DNA of 64,000 nt, taken from the IMG/VR virus record IMGVR_UViG_3300030520_000004; one strand, written 5' to 3'. The position numbers and the translations under genes were made by a program. The notes under the pieces were generated by a model. It ran no database searches. It saw only the letters and a list, made by a program, of their open reading frames with translations, and was not told the DNA's origin. Each line of letters starts with the position of its first letter. Positions within the stretch are counted from its first letter, which is position 1. This document shows, one piece after another, positions 39,905 to 50,365 of this stretch. Source of the stretch: an uncultured virus (IMG/VR IMGVR_UViG_3300030520_000004). Taxonomy: Duplodnaviria; Heunggongvirae; Uroviricota; Caudoviricetes.

Positions 39905-40752
39905 GCCGCGTCTACTTCCACTCCCCGTCTGGCACGGCCGAGCTGCTGGGGAGTGAGTTCCACTACCTGCGCGGCCTGGTCTACAACCTCGCGCTCGGTG
40001 TCCTCAAAGTTGACGACTACGAGCACGCCAAGCGGCTCCGTGAGCTGCTGCCCGCTGGCGACTCCCTTCGGACGACGCCGTTCGAGGGCTATGACTTCCA
40101 GTCGTGGGTGAGCTACTACGAGACTCGCTTCCGCACGGTCGGCGACAGCGACCGCTCCCCGCTGATCGAGTGGCGCGGGAAGCGACTGTCGGCGTTCTCA
40201 CTGGCCCTGAACACGGCGGCGGTCCTCGGGAATGATGCCGTTCGACTGGCGACGCGCATCGTCGGGCAAGGCGAACTCCACGCCTGGGTGGACGGCCCGA
40301 ATCGGGCCTGGGTCGCGGACATCACGCAGGCCGGGCTGGAGAGCGGCACGTACCGCAAGGGCATCTGGTTCGAGCGGATGCTCGGCGGTGAACGGCAGTG
40401 GGCGGACCAGGGCTGGGGCGACGTGATCGCATTCCTGCGGGCCCAAGAGGACGAGCCGGTCGTTCTGTCGTACTCGGTGACCGGCGGCTTCCCCAGTCCC
40501 GAAGCGACGGGCTGGGAACGCGACGATGAGGGCTGCTGCAACGACGAGGCATGGGATGCGCTCGACTCGGCGGAGCAGTGGCGGCTAGGCATGGAGTCGC
40601 TGCGCGGGTCGGCGAAGGGCCTGGAGATCAAGCCGGACGACTGGGGCAGCTTCCGGTATGCGCATCAGCTGTCGGTGCTGGACCTGATGGCCGACGACTG
40701 GGAGGAGCGGCTACGGCTGGCGCTCGACCTCGACCCCGCCTCGGCCGAGTAG
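39901..40752 (+). CDS. Hypothetical protein
   Basis: ATGA overlap, 283 aa. Confidence 0.75.
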   Translation: MSRVYFHSPSGTAELLGSEFHYLRGLVYNLALGVLKVDDYEHAKRLRELLPAGDSLRTTPFEGYDFQSWVSYYETRFRTVGDSDRSPLIEWRGKRLSAFSLALNTAAVLGNDAVRLATRIVGQGELHAWVDGPNRAWVADITQAGLESGTYRKGIWFERMLGGERQWADQGWGDVIAFLRAQEDEPVVLSYSVTGGFPSPEATGWERDDEGCCNDEAWDALDSAEQWRLGMESLRGSAKGLEIKPDDWGSFRYAHQLSVLDLMADDWEERLRLALDLDPASAE

Positions 40753-40764
40753 CAGGGAGGCATC

Positions 40765-41258
40765 GTGGGCTATCAAGCTTCACCCGAGAAGCTGTTCGCT
40801 GGCGAAGCTCCGCGAGCGTCGCTCCCGTGGCCGTGGATGCGCCCGGAGGATCAGCGGCGGCATGTCACTGAGCCGAGGGAGTGCCTGGACTGCGGCATGT
40901 CGGATCGGCCCCGGGTGCCGGGGTGGCTGCTGCTCCTCGACCCGGAAGCGCTGTTCTGCGGCGCGCCCCAGTGGGACCTGCGGACCCCGGCGAGGTGGCA
41001 CTGCTGGGGCTGCGCGGTGAGGAGGCGTGGCAGCGCAGGCACGAGCGGCGCGCCCTACAAGACGAGTACCGGGGGCAGCATGCGGCGCGGGAGCAGGAGG
41101 CGACAGCCCTGCTGGACGGGTGCCGGGGGCCGCTGGAGCAGGCGGGCTGGGTCACGGTGGACCTGTCGGTGCGGTTCGGGCTGCGGGTGGTCCCGCCGGA
41201 ATACGCCGAAGGAGCCCGGGCCTGGTGCGGGGGGAAGCGGGGCCGGGTCGGCGGGTAG
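40765..41258 (+). pseudogene. Apparently frameshifted zinc-finger gene
   Basis: CLDC…HCWGCA in one frame; protein-like continuation EEAWQRRHERRALQDEY… in another frame from about 41019. Confidence 0.45.
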
Positions 41259-41498
41259 CGGCTGCGCCGGGGCTCCGCGCCGATCAGTCCTCGGTGTCCG
41301 TCTCCAGCGCGGCGAGCAGGTCGTCGGCGTCGGGTGCCCGCATGGTGACGGTCATCGTGCTGCGGTCTAGCGACGCCATCACCAGCGGCGGCAGGCCCCA
41401 GGATCGCAGCATCTCTGATCGCGCAGCGGGTGGCAGGGAGATCCACAGGTCGGCGCTCACGCTGACTGCGGGGGCGGCGTCGGTGTCGGGCTGATCGG

Positions 41499-41789
41499 TC
41501 ATGCGGCCTCGATCCAAATCCGACATCCGACGGCGCGCGCATACCGGAAGCACGTCGTGAGGTGCGGGTCGCCGCCCAGCCGTTCGAAGTCCTCGACGTG
41601 GGCGACGGTGCTCTCCATGTGGCGGGCGACTTCGGCGGTACTCATGCCGAATGCCTCGCGGGCCCGAACGAGCGCCTCGATGAGGTCCGCGGGGACTTCG
41701 GCGTCAGCAGCGGCGGCGATGGTCTCGGGGTCGGTTGGGTCGAGGCCGAGGAGGTCGGCGAGGTGTTGGTCCACGGGACCAGGATGCAC
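41499..41789 (-). CDS. XRE-family HTH protein (HigA-like)
   Basis: LVRAREAFGMSTAEVARHM…VEDFERLGGDPHLTTCFRYARAVG. Confidence 0.8.
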   Translation of the reverse strand: MHPGPVDQHLADLLGLDPTDPETIAAAADAEVPADLIEALVRAREAFGMSTAEVARHMESTVAHVEDFERLGGDPHLTTCFRYARAVGCRIWIEAA

Positions 41790-41822
41790 CCGTCGCGATG
41801 ACTAATTGAAGTAGTCATTGCG

Positions 41823-42137
41823 TCAACGTCCTTCAACAAGCCTCCGCCGAGGTTCCCCCGCCTCCACGATCCGCAGCTCAACCTCATACCCCATGGCATG
41901 CAGGTACCGGGCGACGAGGTCGGGCTTGAGGTTCCCGTCGCCGTCGAAGTCCCGTCGAACATCGCGCCGGCGTCCTCCCACCGCGTATGCGATCTCGGCG
42001 ATGGTGAGCCCGGATGCGGCCTGGGCCCGGTGGAGGCAGCGGAGGGTTTCGCGCCGCAGCCGGGCCTGGGCGAGAGTGCGGGAGCCGTCCGGGGTGGCGG
42101 CGAGGCGGTCGTACAAGGTCATGGGATCAGGATGCAC
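41823..42137 (-). CDS. XRE-family HTH protein
   Basis: SGLTIAEIAYAVG…DGDGNL…VARYLHAMGYEVELR. Confidence 0.8.
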   Translation of the reverse strand: MHPDPMTLYDRLAATPDGSRTLAQARLRRETLRCLHRAQAASGLTIAEIAYAVGGRRRDVRRDFDGDGNLKPDLVARYLHAMGYEVELRIVEAGEPRRRLVEGR

Positions 42138-42666
42138 CCGCCGGGCCAGCCTGGGCCCAGCCCGGGGTGAGGCCCTCGGCTCGGCGCCGGTACGCCTCTG
42201 CGATCACCGCTTCGGACACCGTGCCGGCGCAGGGCCCGCACACGCTCTCGTCGTGATCCGTGCTGATGGCGTAGACGGGGAGGAACGGACCATGTCCCTC
42301 CGTGTGGGACTGTCCGCATACAGGGCACTGGAGGAGGTACGTTTCCTCGGCGCTCACGAGTCCGTCGTCCACCGCGGTCCGGAGCGAACCGAGGCGCTGG
42401 CCGCTCTCTCGCAGGAAAGCGCGCCACGGTTCGGTCTTCAGGTCCATGCTCCCGGCCGGTGCGGGCAGGCAGGACTCGCAGTGGGGGCGCAGATAGAGCA
42501 GCTCCGGGGTGACATGCGACGCCTGGTTCATTCCGGCCCCGTCGACGCCGGCGGCCCCGCAGTGGTGGCACTTCCACGACGGGGACGGCCCGAAATCGGG
42601 GTGCTCCGGGTGCGCCCGGGATTCCCCGGACTGCTCGTCGTCGGTCAGCTCGATGTCGTCGGTCAT
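42127..42666 (-). CDS. Cys-rich hypothetical protein
   Basis: CHHC, CESC, CPVC, CGPC motifs. Confidence 0.55.
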   Translation of the reverse strand: MTDDIELTDDEQSGESRAHPEHPDFGPSPSWKCHHCGAAGVDGAGMNQASHVTPELLYLRPHCESCLPAPAGSMDLKTEPWRAFLRESGQRLGSLRTAVDDGLVSAEETYLLQCPVCGQSHTEGHGPFLPVYAISTDHDESVCGPCAGTVSEAVIAEAYRRRAEGLTPGWAQAGPAGAS

Positions 42667-42797
42667 GCCCCGATCGTCCCAGCGCGGTGTCGGCATCGGG
42701 ACGGCTTCGGGCGAATGCGCCCCGTTTGGATCTGTCCGGCTGAACGCGCGCGCACGTTCGCCCGGAACCGAGACGTGGTAGCGGCGCCGGGCCGGGA

Positions 42798-43067
42798 CTA
42801 CTCGCTCTTCGGCTTGTCGCCGCTCCGCGCCACGAACGTCCCCTTCGACTGCACCGTGAGCACGAGCCCGCGTTCCCGTAGTTCCCGGACGGCCCGCCGT
42901 GCGGTGAGCCGGGCGATGCCGTACAGCTCGGCCATGTCCGCTTCGCCGAGGAGTCTGGCGCCGGGCTGGAGCCGGCCGTCGGCGATCTGCTTGGCGATGT
43001 GGTCGGCGACGACCATGTAGACGAACTCGGGTCCGGCCGGGTCGATGTCCGGGACGTTCTGATCCAT
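42798..43067 (-). CDS. GntR-family winged-HTH regulator
   Basis: YMVVADHIAKQIADGRLQPGARL…YGIARLTARRAVRELRERGLV…KGTFV. Confidence 0.9.
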   Translation of the reverse strand: MDQNVPDIDPAGPEFVYMVVADHIAKQIADGRLQPGARLLGEADMAELYGIARLTARRAVRELRERGLVLTVQSKGTFVARSGDKPKSE

Positions 43068-43882
43068 GTTTCGACGCTATGCACCGCTGAGCTGCACAGA
43101 TACCTGGGAGGCTCCGTATGGGTGTACAGCGCAATGCAGCGCTCTATACGCTGATCAGCGAAAAGCCCCCGCGACCGGTCGCACGGTCCGAGGGCAGTCC
43201 GACTGCTGGGGTCGGCCCGATCAGCGTAGTGCCGCCCGCACTGGTGTGCCTATCGCGTGGACGCGGCTCCCCGAGACCAAACGGAGGACCCGTGGTCACG
43301 ATCGTCCCGCACCCCCCGATGCCGCCCACCGCCCAGTCGCCCACCGTCGCGGGCGTCTGCTTCCGCTGCGGCAAACCCACCGAGTCCGGCCGCCGCGCGC
43401 TCTCCGACCAGCTGTCCGGCCCCGGCCTGCCGGTGGTGTGGTGCCCGGTGTGCGACCCGGAGACCGACACGCCCCCGGCGTGACACCCAGACCTTCCCTA
43501 CTGGAGGAGACTCATGCAGTGCTCGTGCGGAACCGTCATGTACAGGAACTCGGACAACATCTGGGTGTGCCCGGCCTGCGGCAACACCAGGGTGTAGCGG
43601 CGATGGACTGCCCGCGCTGCCGCACCCCGATGGCCCTGTCCCCGGACGAGCACTACCGGTGCCGCTGCGGCGAGATCATGCACGTCTCGACGGCGGCGTT
43701 CGTGGCGTTCCTGCTCGCGCTCAGCGTCACCGAGGTTGTGGCCTACGCCGAGGAGCACCTCGCCTGGTGCCGGGGGCTGGAGGACGGGCTCGGGTGGCGG
43801 GAGTGCTACGCGGGGGCGGCGGCGTAGCAGTACGGAGAGGCCCCGCGTCCGGGTGGGCGCGGGGCCTTCGTGCGCGGCGGGG

Positions 43883-44437
43883 CTAGTCGGAGTCGGGCTC
43901 GGGGTGCTTGCCGTTGATGCGGTCGCTCAGCTCCTCGGAGAGGGCGTTGAGCCCGAAGAGTACTTCTGGAATGTCGCCCGCGTGGTGGCCTTCGTCCCAT
44001 GCCAGCTTCGCCGCCAGCTCGGACACGCGAGCATGGAGGGTCCGCAGGTCGGTGCTGTTGGCCTTGTAGATCCGCCTGGACTGGAGCTGTGCGACCAGCG
44101 CTTGCAGGACTGAGATGTCCGTGGTGTGGATGCCCCACTGTTCCGCCGCTTCGTAGACGCTGACGAGGCGGGGCTGCGAGCTGGACGGGAAGTCGCTGGG
44201 CTCCGCGTCGCCGGAGCGGATCAGCATCTCGTCCAGGGGAATCCCGAGGACGCGGGAGAGCAGGATCTGGGAGTGGATCTCCGGCTTGGTCTGCCCGCTG
44301 AAGGTCCGGCCGATCTGGGTGGGAGAGATCCCGGTGGCTTTGGCCAGGCGGGCCTGCGCGCCGCGCGCCCCGTCGATGTCGTAGCCGGCGGCCAGGGCGC
44401 GGTGGCGTAGCCACTCGGCGAAGGTCGTGTCGGCCAC
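43883..44437 (-). CDS. Putative immunity repressor (XRE HTH)
   Basis: FAEWLR…GAQARLAKATGISPTQIGRTFSGQTKP; divergent from Cro-like gene; AAGGAG RBS. Confidence 0.8.
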   Translation of the reverse strand: MADTTFAEWLRHRALAAGYDIDGARGAQARLAKATGISPTQIGRTFSGQTKPEIHSQILLSRVLGIPLDEMLIRSGDAEPSDFPSSSQPRLVSVYEAAEQWGIHTTDISVLQALVAQLQSRRIYKANSTDLRTLHARVSELAAKLAWDEGHHAGDIPEVLFGLNALSEELSDRINGKHPEPDSD

Positions 44438-44637
44438 GTCTCTCCTTGGTGGTGTCGAGTCGATACCGGTCCGGTATCCGCCGGTGAGCGTATCGCGCGT
44501 GCATCCCGCTTTGTTGGGTGCACGCCGCTTATGAGCCACGAGAGACATTGTTGCGCGCGTGCGCCGTTGGGCGTAGACTTGCAGCATGCACGCGACCGAG
44601 TTGCGTGTAAGCGACTCACATTCTCGGGAGGTGAATC

Positions 44638-44877
44638 ATCCCCACATACCGACTCCGAACCGAGGTGCTGCGCAAAGCAGCAGCCGCACACGGAGACCCC
44701 AGCGTCCGGCGCATCGTCGCCACCACCGGCCTGCCGCGATCCGTGATCCACCGCAGTCTTGCCGGAACCAACGAACCCTCACTCGCCACCCTCATGTGCC
44801 TCCGCAGGGCCTACGGCGTACCCGTCGAAGACCTCATCCGAGAGGTCAACGAGGCGCAGGCCACCGCCCCCAGCTGA
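44638..44877 (+). CDS. Cro-like HTH protein (start ambiguous: ATC 44638 or GTG 44665)
   Basis: TYRLRTEVLRKAAAAHGD…IVATTGLPRSVIHR…EPSLATLMCLRRAYGVPVEDLI. Confidence 0.8.
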   Translation: MPTYRLRTEVLRKAAAAHGDPSVRRIVATTGLPRSVIHRSLAGTNEPSLATLMCLRRAYGVPVEDLIREVNEAQATAPS

Positions 44878-44895
44878 TCGACGGAGAGCAAGTAA

Positions 44896-45954
44896 GTGAG
44901 CTATCAGGCGGTGGAGTGGGCGGTGCGCGATGCGCCCATGCTGCTGACCGACAAGGGCAAGCCCGACACCACGGCCCGACACGTCCTGGCTGTTCTGGCC
45001 GAGGCCGCCCACTCGGACGGCAGCGAGGCGCGGCCAGCCGTCGTGACGATGCAGTACCGGACCGGCTACGACCGGCGCACCATCCAGCGCGCCCTACGGC
45101 GACTGGAGAGCGGCGGCCTGATCCGGGCCGAGGGTACGAAGTTCGACTGCACGATCTACCGGCTGGCGATGCACCTGAAGCGCCCGGCCTCGGATCTCGA
45201 AGACCTGAAGGCGGAGGAGATGCGGCAGAAGGAGTTGGACGCTGAGCGTCAGCGTCGGTCCCGGGCGCGTCGTGTCACGCACTCAGACGACGTGACCGTC
45301 ACGGACGCAGAGTGCGTGACCGAGCCGGATGTCACGGACGCAGACGACGTGAGTCACGCACTTTCCGTCCCGACGTCACGGATTCTGCGTCCCGATGTCA
45401 CGGACGCAACGCCGCCCAATCCTTCCTTTGAACCGTCAGGTGAACCGTCTCTTCTCTCGTCCACCCTGGCGTCCGTCATCCCGGAGCCCCGGGCTGTACC
45501 GGACGAGAAGAGAGAGATCATCGCTGCGCTCCCCAAAGACAACGACGACGCGGCCAAGGTCGTAGAGGCATGGCTCGCCGCACGCGGCAGGGGCCGCAAC
45601 CCGGCCGCCGAGGCGAACGTCCGCAAGTCGGCGTCCGAGTTCCTGGCAGCCGACTGGTCGATCCCGGACCTGATTGCTCTCGCTGAGGACATGGGCCGCC
45701 GCCAGCCGACGTACAGCGACCTGACCAAGCACGAACCCCACTGGGTTCGGCCAGCGAGCAAGTCCGCGCCCGCAGCCTCATCGGCAACCACCTGCTGGAC
45801 CTGCACCCGCCCCACCCCGAAGCCCGTGGTCGCGTTCGGCCGCACCTACTGCCCGTCCTGCTGCGAGCCCTGCTCCGGCTGCCGCGCCGCCACCCCGGCG
45901 GACCTGCTCGACATGGACACCAACCGCTGTGCCAGCTGCCGTACAGCAGCCTGA
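44896..45954 (+). CDS. Replication initiator protein (N-terminal wHTH, lambda O-like organisation)
   Basis: MSYQAVEWA…ARHVLAVLAEAA…RTIQRALRRLESGGLI; central iteron-coded region; follows cro. Confidence 0.8.
   Translation: MSYQAVEWAVRDAPMLLTDKGKPDTTARHVLAVLAEAAHSDGSEARPAVVTMQYRTGYDRRTIQRALRRLESGGLIRAEGTKFDCTIYRLAMHLKRPASDLEDLKAEEMRQKELDAERQRRSRARRVTHSDDVTVTDAECVTEPDVTDADDVSHALSVPTSRILRPDVTDATPPNPSFEPSGEPSLLSSTLASVIPEPRAVPDEKREIIAALPKDNDDAAKVVEAWLAARGRGRNPAAEANVRKSASEFLAADWSIPDLIALAEDMGRRQPTYSDLTKHEPHWVRPASKSAPAASSATTCWTCTRPTPKPVVAFGRTYCPSCCEPCSGCRAATPADLLDMDTNRCASCRTAA
45271..45410. repeat. Iteron cluster (GTCACGGACGCA / GTCACGCACT), putative origin
   Basis: GTCACG at 45274, 45298, 45331, 45353, 45375, 45397 plus inverted CGTGAC copies. 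Confidence 0.75.
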
Positions 45955-45978
45955 TCAGCACCAGACAAGGAGGACCCG

Positions 45979-47253
45979 ATGTCGACCAACGTCGCCTGGC
46001 ATGAACCCCGCGGTATCGAGCTCAAGCTCTACCGCGCGGACCTTGGCCATCCGGACATCCCCGAGTTGTACAACGAGATCACGACGCCGGTCGCCAAGCG
46101 CGACCGAGAGATGCTCAAGTGCCTGGAGTGCCACGAGAAGGGGACGTGCGGGTCCATCGCCGCCGGAAAGGGGCCGTGGGTCACGATCCGCCGAGCGCGA
46201 ATTCACGGCAAGGTGGTCCTGAGGCCCGCCCATCTCCCGGAGACGCACTCGGCCACGCCGGAGGAGAGCGCGCTGCACAAGTCCGTCAACAATCGGATAT
46301 TCACTGTTGCGTCTGGCTGCTCCGGGTACTCCGCTGAGATGGAGGCCCTGTCGGCCGACGGGACGACTCGCGCCGATGTTCTCGTCACCGCGCACGGACG
46401 TGAGTACGACTGGGAAACCCAGATCACACACATCCGTGGCGACTACGCCCGGCAGCGCGACAGGAAGGCGCGCCGCAGCGGCAGGCTGCCTCTATGGATC
46501 GTGGCCTCCCCGGAAGCCCCGCTGATCGATCGGGTCAACTGGGGCCGCATCGACAAGGTCAACTGGAACGACATCGATCGCGGCAAAACTCTCCATGTGA
46601 TGAGCGGCTTCCGGCGGCTCCAGATCTGGCGCTGCACCGACCGCCAGCCGTTCGCCTGCCCGGACCGCCGAGGCATCCTCTACTGCGGCCGTGAGCACGT
46701 GGACGTGATGACGCCCATCAGCTGCGAGCCGATGCAGCCGGCGATCACCTTGGATGAGCTGGTGGTTGCTGTCGCCGAGGACGAGGTGGTTCCTCAGTTC
46801 ATTCCCTCGGCCGAAGATCCCAGACGCGGCTATCGGGTGATGCTCCTGCGCGAGGAGCGGGCCCAATTCCGCGAGCTCGCCGGGCTGGGCGGTGACGATG
46901 AAGACGATGACGACGACCTCGCGGACGACAAGATCGCCTTCGATGAGGACGCCCCGGAGGATCGCGACTGCCCTTACGGCAAGGAGGAGTTCGAGTTCGG
47001 AAGCCCGCGACCGCGGCGGGACACGAACCGGTCGTTCGCCTTCACCTTGGACAGGGGCGGCCGAAGGGCTGAGCCGCCGCGGTCGGACTGGACGACCGAG
47101 ATGACTCGCGTCCAACTGCGCGACCTGGCCGGACACCTCGGTTGCTGGGTGCACCAGCTCGGGCCGTGTCAGGACTGCGGCGGACCGGCCTGCCTGTTCG
47201 GCCCACACGGACACCGGCTCTGCGTCTCCTGCCGCGAGAGTGCAGCCGCCTGA
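45979..47253 (+). CDS. CoiA-like PD-(D/E)xK nuclease-family protein
   Basis: CLEC…ESALHK…RADVLV…WETQ; C-terminal Cys cluster. Confidence 0.7.
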   Translation: MSTNVAWHEPRGIELKLYRADLGHPDIPELYNEITTPVAKRDREMLKCLECHEKGTCGSIAAGKGPWVTIRRARIHGKVVLRPAHLPETHSATPEESALHKSVNNRIFTVASGCSGYSAEMEALSADGTTRADVLVTAHGREYDWETQITHIRGDYARQRDRKARRSGRLPLWIVASPEAPLIDRVNWGRIDKVNWNDIDRGKTLHVMSGFRRLQIWRCTDRQPFACPDRRGILYCGREHVDVMTPISCEPMQPAITLDELVVAVAEDEVVPQFIPSAEDPRRGYRVMLLREERAQFRELAGLGGDDEDDDDDLADDKIAFDEDAPEDRDCPYGKEEFEFGSPRPRRDTNRSFAFTLDRGGRRAEPPRSDWTTEMTRVQLRDLAGHLGCWVHQLGPCQDCGGPACLFGPHGHRLCVSCRESAAA

Positions 47254-47314
47254 CGCCCCCGCACCCCACTCCCGCTCTCGTCAATCCCGCCACCCCAACC
47301 CGAAGGAGAACCGC

Positions 47315-47521
47315 GTGTTCCTCGCCGCCACCTCCGCCCACTCCCTGTCCGACATCGACCACCTCCCGTGGTGGGCGCAGCTCGCGATCGGCTTCGGCTT
47401 GGTCGCGCTGTGCGCCGGCCTGCGGGAGACCGACAAGAAGCTCGACAACGGTTTCATCGACGTCGCCTCGTTCTTCGCGGGCGTCGCTGGACTGATCGTG
47501 ATCTGCAAGGTCCTGTTCTGA
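47315..47521 (+). CDS. Small two-TM membrane protein
   Basis: AAGGAG RBS; two hydrophobic segments. Confidence 0.6.
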   Translation: MFLAATSAHSLSDIDHLPWWAQLAIGFGLVALCAGLRETDKKLDNGFIDVASFFAGVAGLIVICKVLF

Positions 47522-47550
47522 CCGCAGCCCCAACCCTCAAGGAGACCCAC

Positions 47551-48345
47551 ATGTCCACCGACCGCTCGTTCACCACCACCCACGCCGGCCCGATCGTCCT
47601 TGACCTGACCCAGAACTCGGGCCGCATCGACATCGCCGTGAACCCGCTCGCGAAGGCCACAACCGTCGTGGTCACGACCGGAGCCGACAGCGGCCCCTCG
47701 GCAGACGCCGTGACCGACGCCCGCTTCACCGAGGCCGACAGCAAGCTGACCGTCAACATCCCCACCCCGAGCGGAGGCGGCAGCAACATGGTCATCTCCG
47801 GAGGCAGCGTCATCGTCGGCGGCTACTCCGGATCCAGCATCACCGTCGGCCACGGCTCCGGCCCGATCATCGTCAACGGTGTCGACGTCACCGAGATGGT
47901 CAACAAGGGCGCCGGCGGCAAGACCACTCAGGTCGTCACGACCGTGATCGTCCCTACAGACTCAGAGGTGCTGATGTCGACGCACACCGCGAACGTCACC
48001 GTCCGGGGCGACCTCAAGGCCCTGGACTACGGGTCCAGCTCCGGGACGCTGACCGCCGAGGGCGTGGGCGAGCTGAGCGTGAACCTGACGTCCGGCGACG
48101 CCCGGGTCCAGCGCGTCACCGAGCGACTGAACGCGACCCTCACATCCGGTGACCTGCTCGTGTCCTCGTACAGCGGCAGCGACGGCCGCCTGAGCCTCAC
48201 GTCCGGCGACGCCACCATCCACGCCACACCGCAGGCCCGGGGCCGCTTCTCGGTCGGGCTCACGTCCGGCGACGCCAAGCTCACCGGGGCCGGACACCTC
48301 GACGTGCGGAAGCGCGTCACCAGCGGCAACCTGCGCGTCAGCTAA
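47551..48345 (+). CDS. DUF4097-like beta-strand repeat protein
   Basis: Repeated LTSGD motifs. Confidence 0.8.
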   Translation: MSTDRSFTTTHAGPIVLDLTQNSGRIDIAVNPLAKATTVVVTTGADSGPSADAVTDARFTEADSKLTVNIPTPSGGGSNMVISGGSVIVGGYSGSSITVGHGSGPIIVNGVDVTEMVNKGAGGKTTQVVTTVIVPTDSEVLMSTHTANVTVRGDLKALDYGSSSGTLTAEGVGELSVNLTSGDARVQRVTERLNATLTSGDLLVSSYSGSDGRLSLTSGDATIHATPQARGRFSVGLTSGDAKLTGAGHLDVRKRVTSGNLRVS

Positions 48346-48409
48346 TCCCGCCCCGCCTCCGCAGCAGCGGCCCGACGACCAGCACGACACCTACCGAAGG
48401 AGCAACACG

Positions 48410-49565
48410 ATGAGCACCGACACCCCCGCCTGGCTGACCGAGGCCATGGCCACCCACAGTCGCCAGCAGGAGGTTCGCAAGCAGGCCCTGGTGGTCGAGG
48501 CCGGCCAGATCGCGGCCCGGATCAACGAGCACTTGGAGCGGCTCAACATCGTCCCGCAGCGCCCCGCGGTCGCTGGACGGGACGGCTTCCTCGATGGCGC
48601 GCTCATCGTGTCGCCGGACTGGGACGAGGGGGCCGGGTCGTGGGGTGTGCGGGCGATCTGGAACGTCACGGAGCGGGCCGTGTACCTGCGGGCCGAGGGC
48701 GGCCCGGGGTCCGGCATGGGCGGCACGCAGAGGGTCGGCAACGCGGGCCCGCTGGAATCCGCCGCCGACGTCGTGCGGGCCATGTACGAGGGGCCGCTCA
48801 AGCCCGTCATCCGCGAGGGCCGGTCGCTCGGCGGGCAGCGGATCGACACGGCCGATGTGGTCGGGGCGCTCCGCGAGCTGACCGCCGCCGTGCTGCGCCT
48901 CGCCGACGGGGCCGACCGGTGATCCGCGACGACCGGTTCCTGATCTCCCGCAAGCCCTACGCCGTCAACCTGGGCAGCCTGCGGATCACGGACCCCGGCG
49001 AGCGCTACGACGGCACCCCGACCTGCACGGCCACCCTGGATGCGATCTGGTTCCGGCGCCGCAAGGGCGTCACCGTCGCGTGCATCGGGCACCTGTGGGA
49101 CATCCAGGCCCCGCCGACCGATGCCGCCGCGTTCCTGGCCGCGCACACCGACGGGCGGTACGGCGGGACGTGCTTCGGACGGTGGGACGGCGCCGGCTAC
49201 TGGGGCGCGGAAGACCCCGACGTGATCGCCGAGCACTTGGGGCTACTGCGGCCGATGCTCGCGGGGTATCCGGCGATCCCGCCCTCGTACGACGGCTGGT
49301 GGCACTTCTGATGTCCGACATCGAGCTTCGCCAGCCGTCCGACCCGGACCGCGTCCAGCACCTCGCGCTGACCGTCGAGGACATCGCCCACCGGCTCGCG
49401 CTGCTCGCCGAGAAGGCCGACGACCCGGAGGTCGCGCACGGCATGACGGACTACCTCCACCGCACCGTCCTGCACGCCGTCGCACTCGGTCACCCGGACG
49501 CGGCGCTGCTCGCTGCTGCCGCACTGCGCACCGACGACATCGAGTTCGACCGCTGGTACGCCTGA
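48410..49565 (+). CDS. Three coupled hypothetical genes (48410-48922, 48919-49311, 49311-49565)
   Basis: RBS and overlapping start/stops. Confidence 0.65.
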
Positions 49566-49626
49566 CCCCCGCCCCCGCCCGCTGCCGGTCAATGCCGCGC
49601 CGGGCAGCAACCCCAAGGAGAGCACG

Positions 49627-50313
49627 ATGATCCGTACCGCCACCGCGACCCGCCAGGGCACAACCGCCACCAACAACGCTGACCGCGCCGCGGTCTTCGC
49701 CAGCGAGAACGGCACCACCGCAGCCGCCGTGGTCGACCTCATCGGCCACCACCCCAACGCCCCCCAGGTCGCCTTCCTCCTCGCCGAGACCGCGGCCCGA
49801 ATCGCAGCACAGCGCGGAGGACCCTCGGGCCTGCTGTCCGCAGGGCTGCTCGTCGCTGACGCCGGTGCAGACGACGAACCGGAGCCCGACGGGGTCGCAG
49901 TGGTCGCAGTCGCAGAGGAGCCCGCGCGCACCGTGATCTCGTGGACCGGCGACTCGCACGCCTACGGCTGGGACGGGCAGCGGCTGCACCGGTACACGAC
50001 GCCGCACACCTACGGCGAGCAGCTGCGGGAGAACGGCGCCCCGTGGGAGATCGCGGTGCAGCACGACAACTGGCTGACGACGATGATCGGGCGGGCGGTA
50101 CCGGCGAGCATTTTCACGGCGGTGAGCCCGGACCCGCTGACGATCCTGGCCAGTGACGGCCTCGACTGCGTGCCGCGCGAGCGGCTAGTGGAGATCATCC
50201 GCGGGCATGCCGCAGATCCGCAGGCCCTCGCGGATGCCCTGGTCGCTGAGCCGGACGTGGACGCCGAGGGGTACCGCGACGACGTGACCATTGTGGTCCT
50301 GCTCAACAACTGA
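49627..50313 (+). CDS. PP2C/SpoIIE-like protein phosphatase
   Basis: NNAD, VVDLIG, WTGDSHAY, ILASDGL, RDDVTIVVL. Confidence 0.75.
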   Translation: MIRTATATRQGTTATNNADRAAVFASENGTTAAAVVDLIGHHPNAPQVAFLLAETAARIAAQRGGPSGLLSAGLLVADAGADDEPEPDGVAVVAVAEEPARTVISWTGDSHAYGWDGQRLHRYTTPHTYGEQLRENGAPWEIAVQHDNWLTTMIGRAVPASIFTAVSPDPLTILASDGLDCVPRERLVEIIRGHAADPQALADALVAEPDVDAEGYRDDVTIVVLLNN

Positions 50314-50365
50314 CGCTGCCGCCCGGTCTTCCCGGCCGGGCGGCCCAACCCGAAGGAGCAGCACC

